NCBI GenBank assembly: GCA_963812135.1
Contig: CAWETU010000005.1
Coordinates: 128,001-192,000, forward strand
Reading direction: 5' to 3'
DNA length: 64,000 nt
DNA from: Vulcanimicrobiota bacterium
Lineage (GTDB): Bacteria > Vulcanimicrobiota > Vulcanimicrobiia > Eremiobacterales > Eremiobacteraceae
The notes under the pieces: model-generated
What the model saw: only the letters and a program-made list of their open reading frames with translations
The model's database searches: none
Told to the model about the DNA's origin: nothing
Shown: one piece after another, positions 1-9,669 of the stretch
Position numbering within the stretch: the first letter of the stretch is position 1
Layout of the letters: each line of letters starts with the position of its first letter
Made by a program: the position numbers and the translations under genes

Positions 1-1
1 G

Positions 2-223
2 CTGATGAACGACGAAGCGATCGCGAACGCGCTGGGGTCCGAACCCAGCGACGTGGCTGGGGCCTATCGGGCGAGCGTCGCCGCGTCGCTCGGCGCAGAG
101 CGCCGCAAGGCTGCGGCACTGCTGCAACAGCGCGGCATCGCGGTGATCGACGTGCCGGCGGCCGAGCTCACGGTGTCGCTCATCAACGCGTACGTCGACG
201 TGAAAGCCCGCAACCTGCTATAA
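2..223 (+). CDS. DUF58-family protein, C-terminal fragment (truncated by window start)
   Basis: The C-terminus ...LLQQRGIAVIDVPAAELTVSLINAYVDVKARNLL is typical of DUF58 proteins; it lies next to SpoIIM-like and RDD genes, as in MoxR/DUF58 loci. Confidence 0.7.
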   Translation: MMNDEAIANALGSEPSDVAGAYRASVAASLGAERRKAAALLQQRGIAVIDVPAAELTVSLINAYVDVKARNLL

Positions 224-1255
224 GATCGGGCTCGATGATGGGGCACCCGAGCGCAGCTCTGGTGTCGCATCGAGCGGCCGCTCGATGCCCTCATCCTTCT
301 CACGCCCCACGAAGCCGAAGTAGTACACCAGCACCAACGCGGTGATCGCGCCGAAGCCGAGGCGCAGTTCAGGCGAGAAACGCTGCGGCGACACGAACCC
401 TTCGATCAGCGCGGCGCAGCCGAGCATGACGATGACGCCGATCATCAACACGAGCGAGCGCCTCGCATTGCGCACGAGCGCGTCGACGCGACGCAGCCGT
501 CCTGGATTTAGGACGGCCGCGGCGAGCAGCAGGCCGGCGGCGGCGGCGATCTGGATCGCGGTCAGCTCGATAACGCCGTGGGGTGCGATCGTCGCCCAGA
601 AATCGTAACCGAATCCGGCATTCGTGTACATCGCGCCTAGCCCGCCGAGCATGAGGCCGTTGAAAAAGACGAGATAGATCGTGAGCAAACCGAGCGTCAC
701 GATGCCGGCGCCGAATGCGAGGATCGCAACTCTGATATTGTTGGTCATGATCGCGGCCGACATGGTCGACGAGAAATTGCGGTCGAAGCCAAAATTGGTG
801 TCGTGGATCTTCTCGTGAATCGGCCGGATCATCTCGTCGGGTAAGATGACATAGGCGTTCGTCGGCGAGGCCATGACCAGCGAATACGCCGCCACCGCAG
901 CGACCACGGTCAGCGCGGCGCACGCCAAGATGTACCAGCGCGAGCGGCGCACCTCGCGCGGGAAGTCGTGCGCGAAGAAACGGCCGATGCGCTTCCAGCC
1001 GCCTTCGACGTTGCCCGCGTAGACGTAGGCATGCGAGCGCGCCGTCAAGCGATGGAGGTACGCGCGCAGATTGACGTCGTACATGCGGCCTTCCGCAAAC
1101 GCCAGATCAGAGGTCACCCAGCGGTACAGCCGCCCGAGCTCTTCGATCTCCTCGGCCGGCAGAGCGCGCAAGCCGCGGCGCTCAGCCGTGTCGAGCAGCA
1201 GCTCCAAACGCTGCCAGCCTGATCGGCGCCGCTCCACGAAAACCGCTTGCCGCAT
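218..1255 (-). CDS. Stage II sporulation protein M-like (DUF95) membrane protein
   Basis: IMTNNIRVA, NGLMLG, PHGVIEL and AALIEGFVSP motifs; multiple TM helices; start moved to the ATG at 1255. Confidence 0.85.
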   Translation of the reverse strand: MRQAVFVERRRSGWQRLELLLDTAERRGLRALPAEEIEELGRLYRWVTSDLAFAEGRMYDVNLRAYLHRLTARSHAYVYAGNVEGGWKRIGRFFAHDFPREVRRSRWYILACAALTVVAAVAAYSLVMASPTNAYVILPDEMIRPIHEKIHDTNFGFDRNFSSTMSAAIMTNNIRVAILAFGAGIVTLGLLTIYLVFFNGLMLGGLGAMYTNAGFGYDFWATIAPHGVIELTAIQIAAAAGLLLAAAVLNPGRLRRVDALVRNARRSLVLMIGVIVMLGCAALIEGFVSPQRFSPELRLGFGAITALVLVYYFGFVGREKDEGIERPLDATPELRSGAPSSSPIL

Positions 1256-1316
1256 GCGGGCGATTTCTCGCGCCGGCGCGAATCCGCCTGTGGTTTGATG
1301 TAACGGAGCGTCACTG

Positions 1317-2081
1317 GTGGAACGAACGGTCACTGTCCGAACGCCGGAGAGCATCGCTTTTCACTACGAGCTGGCAGGCCTCGGCAGCCGCTTTCTCGCC
1401 GTCGCGATCGATTTCGTCATCCAAGTAACGTTCACGATCGCGCTGTTCTTCGTCGTCGGTCTCGGCGTCGACGGCCTCACGAAGGTCGGCGCATCGCTGC
1501 ATCTCAACAGCTCGCAGATCGGCTCGCTGTTCCTCGCGATCGGCATCGTGACGATCTTCTTGATATTTTTCGGCTACTTCATCGTCTTCGAGGCGTTCTG
1601 GAACGGACAAACGCCCGGCAAGCGGCTGTTAGGCATCCGCGTCGTGCGCGACGGCGGCTATCCCATCGATCTCGGCAGCTCGGTGCTGCGCAACCTCGTC
1701 CGCGTCGTCGAAGCCGCGTTCTCCTACGTGCCGGCGGCCGTCAGCGCGTTGATCTCGGCGCAGAACAAACGGCTGGGCGATTTCGCGGCCGGCACGATCG
1801 TCGTGCGCGATCGCGCGTTTGAGATGACCAATCCGCAGACGTGGCTGCAAGGCGACACGCTGCCCGATACGCCGCCGCTCACCGCGGCGACCGCGCTCAC
1901 GCCCGATGAATGGGCGCTCGTCGAGCGCTACGTCGACCGGCGTGCAAGCCTTCCCCCGGCGGTCGCCGCGGCGACGGCCGCGCGCATCGCAGGCATCCTT
2001 CGGCCGAAGCTCGGCGAGGATGCGAGCTCGCTCTCCAGCGACGCCGTCCTCATGCGCTTGTTCGCTTCGCGCCGCTCGTAA
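1317..2081 (+). CDS. RDD family membrane protein
   Basis: TPESI...AGLGSRFLAVAID, GQTPGKR..GIRVV, KRLGDFAAGT. Confidence 0.9.
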   Translation: MERTVTVRTPESIAFHYELAGLGSRFLAVAIDFVIQVTFTIALFFVVGLGVDGLTKVGASLHLNSSQIGSLFLAIGIVTIFLIFFGYFIVFEAFWNGQTPGKRLLGIRVVRDGGYPIDLGSSVLRNLVRVVEAAFSYVPAAVSALISAQNKRLGDFAAGTIVVRDRAFEMTNPQTWLQGDTLPDTPPLTAATALTPDEWALVERYVDRRASLPPAVAAATAARIAGILRPKLGEDASSLSSDAVLMRLFASRRS

Positions 2082-2128
2082 AGGCTGCCCGAGTAGGTCG
2101 CCGCGCCGTGCGCGCCTAAGCCGCCCTC

Positions 2129-3280
2129 ATGCATTCGCTGCTCCTTTTCATTGCGCTCGCGAGCCTTTGGACGCAAGGCGCGCGCGTCGCGGCCGCGACG
2201 CCGACACCGACGCCGAGCTCAGCGCCCGCTGCGCTCGCGCCTGCGCCCGGACCCACCATCAAGCCGCCGCAGTGGCAAGGTATCACACTCGGCGAAAACA
2301 TCGAGGCGGTGCGCGCGCGCATGGGCACGCCTGACTTCAACCGCAAAGTCATCTTAGGTTCGATGTTGGTCGAGTATCCGATCCACGGCGGCGAAGGCTC
2401 CCTCGTCTTGGAGACCACCGAACGCCAAGTCACGTCGATCCGAGTTGAAGCCGCGGCGCCGCACGAGCTGAGCCTGCCGATCGGCGACCCGTTCGGCGTG
2501 AACCTCGGCGACAGCCTGACGCGTTTGCTCACGATCCGCGGCGAGCCGACGCGTAACTACGAAGATCCGCCGGACGAGTCGACATCGATCTACGGCGGAC
2601 CGAACGAAAACCGCTGGATCTACACGTTCCAGGGGTCGACGATCGTGGCCATCACGCTCATCGCACCCAAGCCGCAGCAACCGATCGGACCGCCAGGACA
2701 TCCGGCGCTCGTGTTGCGCGGCACGCCGCCGCCGCGCCGGCCTGTCGTGCTCAAAGGCACGCCGCCGCCGACACGCGTGACGCCCGCGTCACCTGGCGCG
2801 ACGCCGCAACCGATCGCCACCACCTCGCCCACGCCGGTGCCGGGCGTCGCGATCCAGAGCACGCCGGCGCCGAGCCCCGGACCTCCGCGCACAGTAGCGG
2901 CAAGCCACACGCCGACGCCGTCAGTGCCGCTGCCGGCGATGACTTCACCGCCGATGACGCCGCCGCCAAGTTCGCCCATGCCGCAGCTGAGCGCTTCGCC
3001 AGGAGCGCCGACGCCGCAGCCGGCCGATGGGAGTTCGCCCGAGACGGCGATCGTGGTCCGCGCGCCCGACATGGCCTCCGGTTTCGATTACGTCTACAAG
3101 TTCATTGAAAACGTCTCGTGCGCCAATGGCGCCGGACAATATCGGATCACGGGTCAAGACCTGTTCTCCGAGCACCGCCACAATTACGCGAAAGTCACCG
3201 CGCAATGCTCGACGGGCACCGACAAGCGCGCGTTCTACTTCGACGTGACCTACATCTTCACCAAGAGCACCGAGCGCTAG
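2129..3280 (+). CDS. Secreted Pro/Thr-rich hypothetical protein
   Basis: Signal peptide, two small repeated alpha/beta-like units, a long Pro-rich linker and a small C-terminal domain with two Cys. Confidence 0.7.
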   Translation: MHSLLLFIALASLWTQGARVAAATPTPTPSSAPAALAPAPGPTIKPPQWQGITLGENIEAVRARMGTPDFNRKVILGSMLVEYPIHGGEGSLVLETTERQVTSIRVEAAAPHELSLPIGDPFGVNLGDSLTRLLTIRGEPTRNYEDPPDESTSIYGGPNENRWIYTFQGSTIVAITLIAPKPQQPIGPPGHPALVLRGTPPPRRPVVLKGTPPPTRVTPASPGATPQPIATTSPTPVPGVAIQSTPAPSPGPPRTVAASHTPTPSVPLPAMTSPPMTPPPSSPMPQLSASPGAPTPQPADGSSPETAIVVRAPDMASGFDYVYKFIENVSCANGAGQYRITGQDLFSEHRHNYAKVTAQCSTGTDKRAFYFDVTYIFTKSTER

Positions 3281-4266
3281 CCCGCGGCGACGTCGTCGAG
3301 CGCTCTGCGCGCGAAGACGCGCACCATCCGCTTGCGATAAGGGATCGTCGCGCTCGTGTTGTCCAGCGGCTTGCCGGCGTCGAACGCGGCCTCGGCAGCG
3401 GCTTCGAGCGCGCCGCTCTCGAGGCGCGAGCCGATCAAGCACTGCGCGGCGGCCGGCACGTCGACCGGCTTCGACGCGACGGCGTTGAGCACCAGGCGCG
3501 CGTCGACGCAGACGCCGGCGTCGTCGAGCCGCACGAGCGCCGCCACGCCGAGGATCGGGAAATCAAACGAATTGCGCAGCCGCAGCTTGCGATAGGAACT
3601 GCGCGTGCGTTCGCCCGGCGGCGGCACCGAGATGCGCGTCACGATGTCACCCGGCCGCTTCGCCCACGCGCTGATGCCGTCGTTGACGTAGAAATCCGCG
3701 ATCGGGATCTCGCGCTCGCCTTCAGGCCCTGCGAGATGGACGCGCGCGCCGAACGCTTGGAGCACCGGCGCGGTGTCGGACGAATTCACCGCCAAACACT
3801 TGGGGCTGCTCGTCGCGACGCGGCAGATGTCGCCGTCTTTCTTCATGCAGTAACCGAGCGCTTTGCGCCAATCGAGATTCTGATTGTAGTAATTGCAGCG
3901 CGTGTCCACGCAGACGTTGCCGCCGATGGTGCCCATGTTGCGCAATTGCGGCGTTGAGATGGAGGCGGTTGCAGCGGCCAGCGCCGCGTAGTGGCGACGC
4001 ACGACGTCGCTCTCGGCGATCGAGGTGAGCGTCGCGAGCGCGCCGAGCGTCAGGCCGGTGACGTCGTTATAGCGGATGAAGCCGAGATTGCTGATTGGCC
4101 GGAGGCCGACGAGCACTTTGGGCGTGAACAGGCGTTGCTTCATGTTGGCGTAGAGATCCGTGCCGCCGGAGACGGGCAGCGCATCGGAGCCGTAGCGCGC
4201 GAGCAATTCAACGGCTTCATCGGCGGTTCGGGCGGCCACATACGTGAACGGCGGCAGTCGCAGCAT
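3277..4266 (-). CDS. Xanthine-dehydrogenase-family FAD subunit with [4Fe-4S] insert (4-hydroxybenzoyl-CoA reductase beta, HcrB-like)
   Basis: SGGTDL and QLRNMGTIGGN, plus the Cys insert CVDTRCNYYNQ...CMKKDGDIC...KC. Confidence 0.85.
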   Translation of the reverse strand: MLRLPPFTYVAARTADEAVELLARYGSDALPVSGGTDLYANMKQRLFTPKVLVGLRPISNLGFIRYNDVTGLTLGALATLTSIAESDVVRRHYAALAAATASISTPQLRNMGTIGGNVCVDTRCNYYNQNLDWRKALGYCMKKDGDICRVATSSPKCLAVNSSDTAPVLQAFGARVHLAGPEGEREIPIADFYVNDGISAWAKRPGDIVTRISVPPPGERTRSSYRKLRLRNSFDFPILGVAALVRLDDAGVCVDARLVLNAVASKPVDVPAAAQCLIGSRLESGALEAAAEAAFDAGKPLDNTSATIPYRKRMVRVFARRALDDVAAG

Positions 4267-4269
4267 GGG

Positions 4270-5880
4270 CTATTGCTTGGCGTTCGTCCCCGGATTTTCC
4301 GTCAGCGAGAGGTCCTGATAGTTGATCGTGCTGTCCGGCGAGGGCACGAAGCCGCGGACCGACGCGCGGAAGATGATCGGCGACGTCGTGTGTGCGATGG
4401 CCGCCATCGGAGCTTGCTCCCCGACGATCTCCAGCGCTTGGCGATACAGCTGCGCTCGCGCGGCTCGGTCTTCGACGCGTTGCGCCTGCAGGATCAGCGC
4501 GTGGAAGCGATCGTCGGCCCAAAACGTCACGTTCGACGCGGCGGGCGGCACTGCGTTGTCCTTGTCGAGCGGCGCGTAGGTGAAGTTGTCGGGATCGCCG
4601 TTGTCGCCGGTCCAGCCAATGACGCACATGTCGTGCTGCGCGTCCTGTATCTTCTGAATATAGACGCCCCATTCGTAGCCTTGCAAGCGCGCCTCCACTC
4701 CGATCGCCGCCAAGTCCGCTTGGATCGCTTCGGCGACCCGCTGCGGCTCGGGCAAGTACGGTCTAGGTGCGGTCATATACCACAGCGTCGTGCTGAAGCC
4801 GCGCGGATAACCCGCTTGCGCGAGCAACCGTTTCGCTGCTGCCGGGTCGTAGCGATCCGACAGCGGCACGCCCTGCGGCCACACCGCCTCGGGCAGCCAT
4901 TGGCGCGCGATCTGTGCAGTGGGATCGAAGAACTGCCGGACGATCGCCGCGCGATCGATCGCCAAACTCAACGCTGTGCGGACCCGCGCGTCGTCGAACG
5001 GATGACGGCGCGCGTTGAATGCCAGGTACATGACGCTGTTGGGCGGTTGATGGTAGACGTGCAGCTGCGGATCGTTCGCCAGTTGCGCCATGCCGCCCGG
5101 CGTCGGGAATTCCCAGCCGTCGATATCGCCGCGCTGCAAGAGCAGCACGCTCGTCGCCGCGTCGGGGATGTCGCGCAGCACGACTGTCTGGATGTGCGGC
5201 CGTGCGCCCCAGTAGCCGTCATAGCGCGCGAGCGTGATGTGGTCGTCCTTGACCCACTCGACGAGTTGGTACGGACCGGTACCTACGGGCGCCTGGGCGA
5301 AACGCTCGCGCTCGCGTTTGAGCGCGGTTGGTGACGCGATGCCGAACGCCGGCATCGCAAGATCGGCGAGCAGTGGGGCGAGCGGCGATGTCAGATCGAG
5401 CTCGAGCGTATCGGGCGCCAACGCCTTGACCGCCACGATGCGGCCGGGAAATCCGCCGAACTCCGCCGCGTAATACGTGAAATATCCCCACGCGTGATAT
5501 GGATTGTGAGGATCGCGCCAACGATCGAAGTCGAATTTGACTGCTTGCGCGTCGAGCTGGGTCCCGTCTTGAAAGCGCACGCCGTGGCGCAGATGGAAGA
5601 TCCACGTCCTGCCGGCGTCGCGGGTCTGCCAGGACGTCGCGAGCGAAGGCTCGACCTCGAACGATCCCGGCTTGTAGCGCGTAAGGCCCTCGAAGATGGG
5701 GCGGGTGGCGGTGAGCGAGATGCCGTCGAAGGCGACCGCGGGGTCCAGGGTCACCGCGTCCTTGTTGCGGCCGAAGGTCAGCGTGTCGGCAGCGCCGTTG
5801 GTTGCGTGTGTGCCGCACGCCGGAGCGGCCAGCGCCAGGAGCGCGCACGCGGCGAGCAGTAGAGCAGTGCGGGGAGACAT
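4270..5880 (-). CDS. Peptide ABC transporter substrate-binding lipoprotein (DppA/family 5)
   Basis: Lipobox-like APAC; PSLATSW, LRHGVRFQDG, PVGTGPY, GWTGDNGDPDNF. Confidence 0.9.
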   Translation of the reverse strand: MSPRTALLLAACALLALAAPACGTHATNGAADTLTFGRNKDAVTLDPAVAFDGISLTATRPIFEGLTRYKPGSFEVEPSLATSWQTRDAGRTWIFHLRHGVRFQDGTQLDAQAVKFDFDRWRDPHNPYHAWGYFTYYAAEFGGFPGRIVAVKALAPDTLELDLTSPLAPLLADLAMPAFGIASPTALKRERERFAQAPVGTGPYQLVEWVKDDHITLARYDGYWGARPHIQTVVLRDIPDAATSVLLLQRGDIDGWEFPTPGGMAQLANDPQLHVYHQPPNSVMYLAFNARRHPFDDARVRTALSLAIDRAAIVRQFFDPTAQIARQWLPEAVWPQGVPLSDRYDPAAAKRLLAQAGYPRGFSTTLWYMTAPRPYLPEPQRVAEAIQADLAAIGVEARLQGYEWGVYIQKIQDAQHDMCVIGWTGDNGDPDNFTYAPLDKDNAVPPAASNVTFWADDRFHALILQAQRVEDRAARAQLYRQALEIVGEQAPMAAIAHTTSPIIFRASVRGFVPSPDSTINYQDLSLTENPGTNAKQ

Positions 5881-5924
5881 CGCGTGACACTTATACTCGC
5901 CGGCGGTCGACTCATTGATGGCTT

Positions 5925-6368
5925 ATGAGCACAACAGCTGACGGGCGTCGACAGCTCTGGTTGCTCGCCGCTTTGGCGATCGTCGGTGTTGTGTACACCG
6001 CTATCGCTACCCACTTGTGGATCGCCAACTGGGTGTCCCTGGTCCCCATCATGGATCGATCCTTTCTCCTTCGCTTGATGCTTGGGCCATTTTGGGTTGC
6101 CATCGTATTGTTTCCGATCACCATCGTCGCGACGCTGCTGCGCCTCAACATCGCGGCTTTCTTGCTGACGCTCTTGTTCTACGCAATAATCATCAATATT
6201 GAGTACCTTTTTATGGCGCAGCCAAATTCAACCGCAATGATAGCGCAGGCAACGTTCGTTGGATGGAATTTTATCTTGCAGGTGCCGGTGTGGGGCCTTA
6301 CGGTGCTTGCGCTTAAACTGACGCGCCCGAGGCCGGAAAAGACCGGTGCTCAAGGAGCACGTTTGTGA
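5925..6368 (+). CDS. Hypothetical membrane protein (about 4 TM)
   Basis: Four hydrophobic segments; its stop overlaps the start of the next gene. Confidence 0.65.
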   Translation: MSTTADGRRQLWLLAALAIVGVVYTAIATHLWIANWVSLVPIMDRSFLLRLMLGPFWVAIVLFPITIVATLLRLNIAAFLLTLLFYAIIINIEYLFMAQPNSTAMIAQATFVGWNFILQVPVWGLTVLALKLTRPRPEKTGAQGARL

Positions 6369-7591
6369 TGCTTGTATTGGCCGGCGGTCGACTCATTGAC
6401 GGCACCGGCGCCGAACCAATCCCGAAGACATCGCTCGCGATCGAGGGCGACCGGATAAGCGCCATCTCGAACGCTGCGCCCGCGCACGACTCGAAGACGA
6501 TCGATTGCTCTGGGCTGACGCTGCTGCCTGGGTTGATCGACGCCCACGCGCACCTCGGACTCGTATTCGACTTCGACGCCGACCCAGGCGTGATGTCGCC
6601 CGCGGAGATCGCCGCGAAGACGTTCCGCAACTGCGAACTGTGTCTGGATGCCGGCTTCACCACCGTGCGCGATATGTGCGGCGTCGATGGCGGCTTGGTG
6701 CGCGCGATCGAGAGTGGCCTCGTGGCCGGGCCTCGGGTTTTCCCGTCGGGACCGGCGATCGTGCAGACCGGCGGGCACGGACACTTGACCGGTCCGTTCT
6801 GTTGCCACGATAATTCAGTCGCCATCCCGGGGTTGGTGCAGCTGATCGCGATCTGCGACGGAGCCGATGAAGTCCGTCACCAGGCCCGCTTGAACTTCCG
6901 GCGCGGCGCGACACAGCTCAAAGCTTTCATCAGCGGCGGCGTCGTGTCGAAAACGGACCGCCTCGAAGACACGCAGCTCAGCGTCGAGGAACTGCGCGCC
7001 GCGGTGGCGGAGGCGCGCGCCCGCGACACCTACGTCGCGGGTCACGCGCACAACAGTCGCGCCATCATGAACGGACTTCAAGCCGGCATGGAGTGCTTCG
7101 AACACGGCACCATGCTCGACGAAGCGACCGCCGCCGCCATGGCCAAAGCGGGCGCGCGACTCGATCCGACGCTCGCCGTCACGCGCCTCATGTCGCAATT
7201 GTGGAAAGAATGGAAGCTGCCGGAAAGCGTCGTGCCGCGGGTGCAGGGTTGCGAGCGCATGATGGGAGAGGCGATGCTGATCGCGCGCGCGGCAGGGGTG
7301 TTGATCGGTTCGGGCTCCGACCTGCTCGGCGCCGAGCAGAACCGGCGCGGCCTTGAGGTCGCGCTCCAGGCAAAGGTGCTCAGCCCGATGGAGGCGATCG
7401 TGTGCGCGACGCACTCCAATGCGCGCATCATGCACCAAGAAGACCAGCTTGGCTCGCTGTCGCAAGGCAAGCTCGCCGACGTCATCGCGGTCAAGGGCGA
7501 TCCGCTGAACGAGCCCGAGCTGTTCGACGACCCTGCGCGCATCGTGCTCGTCGTCAAGGGCGGACAAGTCGTCAAGGATCTGACGGCCTAG
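6365..7591 (+). CDS. Metal-dependent amidohydrolase (Xaa-Pro dipeptidase-like)
   Basis: PGLIDAHAH, GFTTVRD, SGGVVS, GHAH, EHG, GSD, GKLADVI. Confidence 0.9.
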   Translation: MMLVLAGGRLIDGTGAEPIPKTSLAIEGDRISAISNAAPAHDSKTIDCSGLTLLPGLIDAHAHLGLVFDFDADPGVMSPAEIAAKTFRNCELCLDAGFTTVRDMCGVDGGLVRAIESGLVAGPRVFPSGPAIVQTGGHGHLTGPFCCHDNSVAIPGLVQLIAICDGADEVRHQARLNFRRGATQLKAFISGGVVSKTDRLEDTQLSVEELRAAVAEARARDTYVAGHAHNSRAIMNGLQAGMECFEHGTMLDEATAAAMAKAGARLDPTLAVTRLMSQLWKEWKLPESVVPRVQGCERMMGEAMLIARAAGVLIGSGSDLLGAEQNRRGLEVALQAKVLSPMEAIVCATHSNARIMHQEDQLGSLSQGKLADVIAVKGDPLNEPELFDDPARIVLVVKGGQVVKDLTA

Positions 7592-7687
7592 GGGACGTCC
7601 GCCTCGCTGGTATGAGTCCGTCGGAATGACGCCGAACGCAGCGCCGTTCGTGCATCCATCGCAGATCCGCTCGTAGGAGGATAGTCA

Positions 7688-8062
7688 ATGCGACGTTTTC
7701 TCTTCGCTCTGCTCAGCGTTTCTTTGTCGATCGCACCAAGCGTTTCGCTTGCAGCTACATCCGGCAACCCCGCGCCCGCGATGATGGGACCAAGCCGAAC
7801 GGTCGTAAAAACGTGCCTGCGGGCATATGTCTTGCACGCCGCGTTCGACGCAACTCAGCTGCACACGCTCGGAGCGGCCGGCGCCACGCCAGCGAACGTG
7901 AACGACGTGCCGCTGTCACTCATCGGGTCGTATAAGTATTCCGACCACATCGGCTGCTTCTACAAGAGCGCGAAGGGCGACATCTTCAATCTCGTCTACA
8001 ACTACCCGTGCGTCAACCCGGCGCCGGCCGGGCCTCCAAACGAGTATCGCTGCAAGTCCTGA
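7688..8062 (+). CDS. Secreted hypothetical protein (4 Cys)
   Basis: AGGAGG RBS and signal peptide. Confidence 0.7.
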   Translation: MRRFLFALLSVSLSIAPSVSLAATSGNPAPAMMGPSRTVVKTCLRAYVLHAAFDATQLHTLGAAGATPANVNDVPLSLIGSYKYSDHIGCFYKSAKGDIFNLVYNYPCVNPAPAGPPNEYRCKS

Positions 8063-8075
8063 CGCCTAGCGGGAC

Positions 8076-8243
8076 GTAGCCAGGGAGTTTTCTCGGTACA
8101 GGTGTCCGGGCATGTTCCGTACTTGCCCGGACGACCCACACGAGCTTCCTAGGCTACTCTTGAACCAGAGGTTGACGCGCCATCGAGGACGCCGGCCTCC
8201 CGGTCGAGTCGACACTCGAACCGGCACTGAGGTTCAAGGAGGT
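8076..8243 (+). ncRNA. Candidate structured RNA / 5' leader (no family recognised)
   Basis: Long bulged hairpin 8076-8157; multi-stem domain closed by CTTGAACC(8159-8166)/GGTTCAAG(8231-8238) that overlaps the AAGGAGG RBS. Confidence 0.35.
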
Positions 8244-8250
8244 TCCCGCT

Positions 8251-8694
8251 ATGTCTACGCGCTCGATCCACGCTACGGCCATCCTGGGTGCTGTCGTTCT
8301 GGCAGTGGCCATAGGCCTGGCGACCCCGGCCAGCGCTGCCGGCACCATCACCTTCAGCCAGCTCGTTCCCGCGGCGCCGGCGTACGCGATGGAGCCCGTC
8401 ATCACGACGGGTAAATGCGACATCGCCGATCAGGCCGCACACATCACCCACGCATACCCGCTGGAGTGGCCGGAAGTCCCGGCTGCGCAGGGCGTTGCCA
8501 ACGCGAGCACGACCGTCCTCATCGACCTCGACTCGCGCGGCACCCTCGTCAATTCGGCCGTGGCCAACGCTTCAGGCAACGCGCTGCTCGACGACCAAGC
8601 GCTGCTCGCCGTCCGCAACTCTGGCTACGCGCCCGAGATTCTCAACTGCAACCGCTTCGCGCGGTCCTACTTCATCGACGTGATGTTCCAGTAA
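8251..8694 (+). CDS. Secreted TonB C-terminal domain protein
   Basis: Signal peptide; VLIDLDSRG..V..ASGNALLDDQALLAVRNS.YAP; strong RBS. Confidence 0.8.
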   Translation: MSTRSIHATAILGAVVLAVAIGLATPASAAGTITFSQLVPAAPAYAMEPVITTGKCDIADQAAHITHAYPLEWPEVPAAQGVANASTTVLIDLDSRGTLVNSAVANASGNALLDDQALLAVRNSGYAPEILNCNRFARSYFIDVMFQ

Positions 8695-8760
8695 TCAAGC
8701 GCTCACGGAGATGACGTCACCCATCATCGCCGCCGGCCTGCCACCGGCGGCGATGACCCT

Positions 8761-9163
8761 TCAGCGGTCAGCGAGCCGGTGCACGCTTTTGAGCCCTGAC
8801 CACGTCGCGTCGATGGCGCAGATCTTCACGTCGACTAGGCCGAGCTCGAGCACCAGACCCCGGACTTCATTTTCGCCGACATCTGTCGCGTTGCCCGACG
8901 CGCGCTTGCGCCAACAGATCCACAACGCGCCGTCGCGCGCCAACGATCGTTTCCATCGTGGAAGTCCCCGCACGAGTATGGCCATGCTTGATGCGAACGC
9001 CACGATCATCGGCATCGAGGTCGAGAGCCGCGCGGTCAACGCGCTGCCCTCGGGCAGCTGGCCGAGCGCCTTTGCAAACGCCGCCGGCGCACCGGATGTG
9101 CCGATTCGTTGGCGTGGCTTGATTCCGAGCTTTTCCGTGAGCGAGCGGTGCGAATAGCCGGCA
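8761..9163 (-). CDS. DUF3052-family protein (start uncertain)
   Basis: AGYSHRSLTEKLGIK, GALWICWRK, GLVDVKICAIDATWSGLK; no in-frame start directly before AGYS (possible 1-nt indel). Confidence 0.75.
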
Positions 9164-9179
9164 CGCTCGGTACGGCGCG

Positions 9180-9659
9180 CTACCGTTTTGAAGTGGCGCC
9201 GAAGCGGCGCAATTCTGCGTCGAGGTCGAGCCGCCCGGTCGGCGCTGCTTTCTCGTAGTCGCCCCACTGTTCGCGCGGCACCATCCACATGATCTCGAAC
9301 TCGTGCCCGTCCGGGTCGACGCCGTAGAGCGACTTCGTCGCGCCGTGATCGCTTTCGCCGACAAGCGCCCCCGAGGTCGTAAGCGCCTCGCGCGCCTTGG
9401 CAAGATCTTCGATCGCGGGCACTTCCCATGCGAGATGGAACAAGCCGACCGCGTTGCGCGGCGGCGGCACGGCGTTTGCGCCGAGCGCAAGAAAACCCAA
9501 ATCGTGATGGTTTCGCGATCCGCTCGCCCGCATGAACGCCATCTGGCCGCCGGCGCGCGCGACTTCTTCAAAACCGAACACGTCGCGGTAAAAACTGACC
9601 GAGCGATCGAGATCGCGCACCGTGAGCACCGCGTGGTTCAGTCCTTTGATCGGTATCAT
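9180..9659 (-). CDS. VOC/glyoxalase family protein
   Basis: LNHAVLTV, HHDLG, GLFHLAW, SLYGVDPDGHEFE. Confidence 0.88.
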   Translation of the reverse strand: MIPIKGLNHAVLTVRDLDRSVSFYRDVFGFEEVARAGGQMAFMRASGSRNHHDLGFLALGANAVPPPRNAVGLFHLAWEVPAIEDLAKAREALTTSGALVGESDHGATKSLYGVDPDGHEFEIMWMVPREQWGDYEKAAPTGRLDLDAELRRFGATSKR

Positions 9660-9669
9660 GCCTCAAGCC

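Noticed and set aside
2690..3030. Apparent tandem repeats
   Set aside because: Low-complexity Pro/Thr coding linker (one short VL.GTPPP duplication), not a DNA repeat element.
8159..8238. 6S RNA or SRP RNA
   Set aside because: CTTGAACC/GGTTCAAG recalls 6S, but the single-rod, central-bubble architecture and the SRP GGAA-loop motif are absent; kept only as an unclassified structure.
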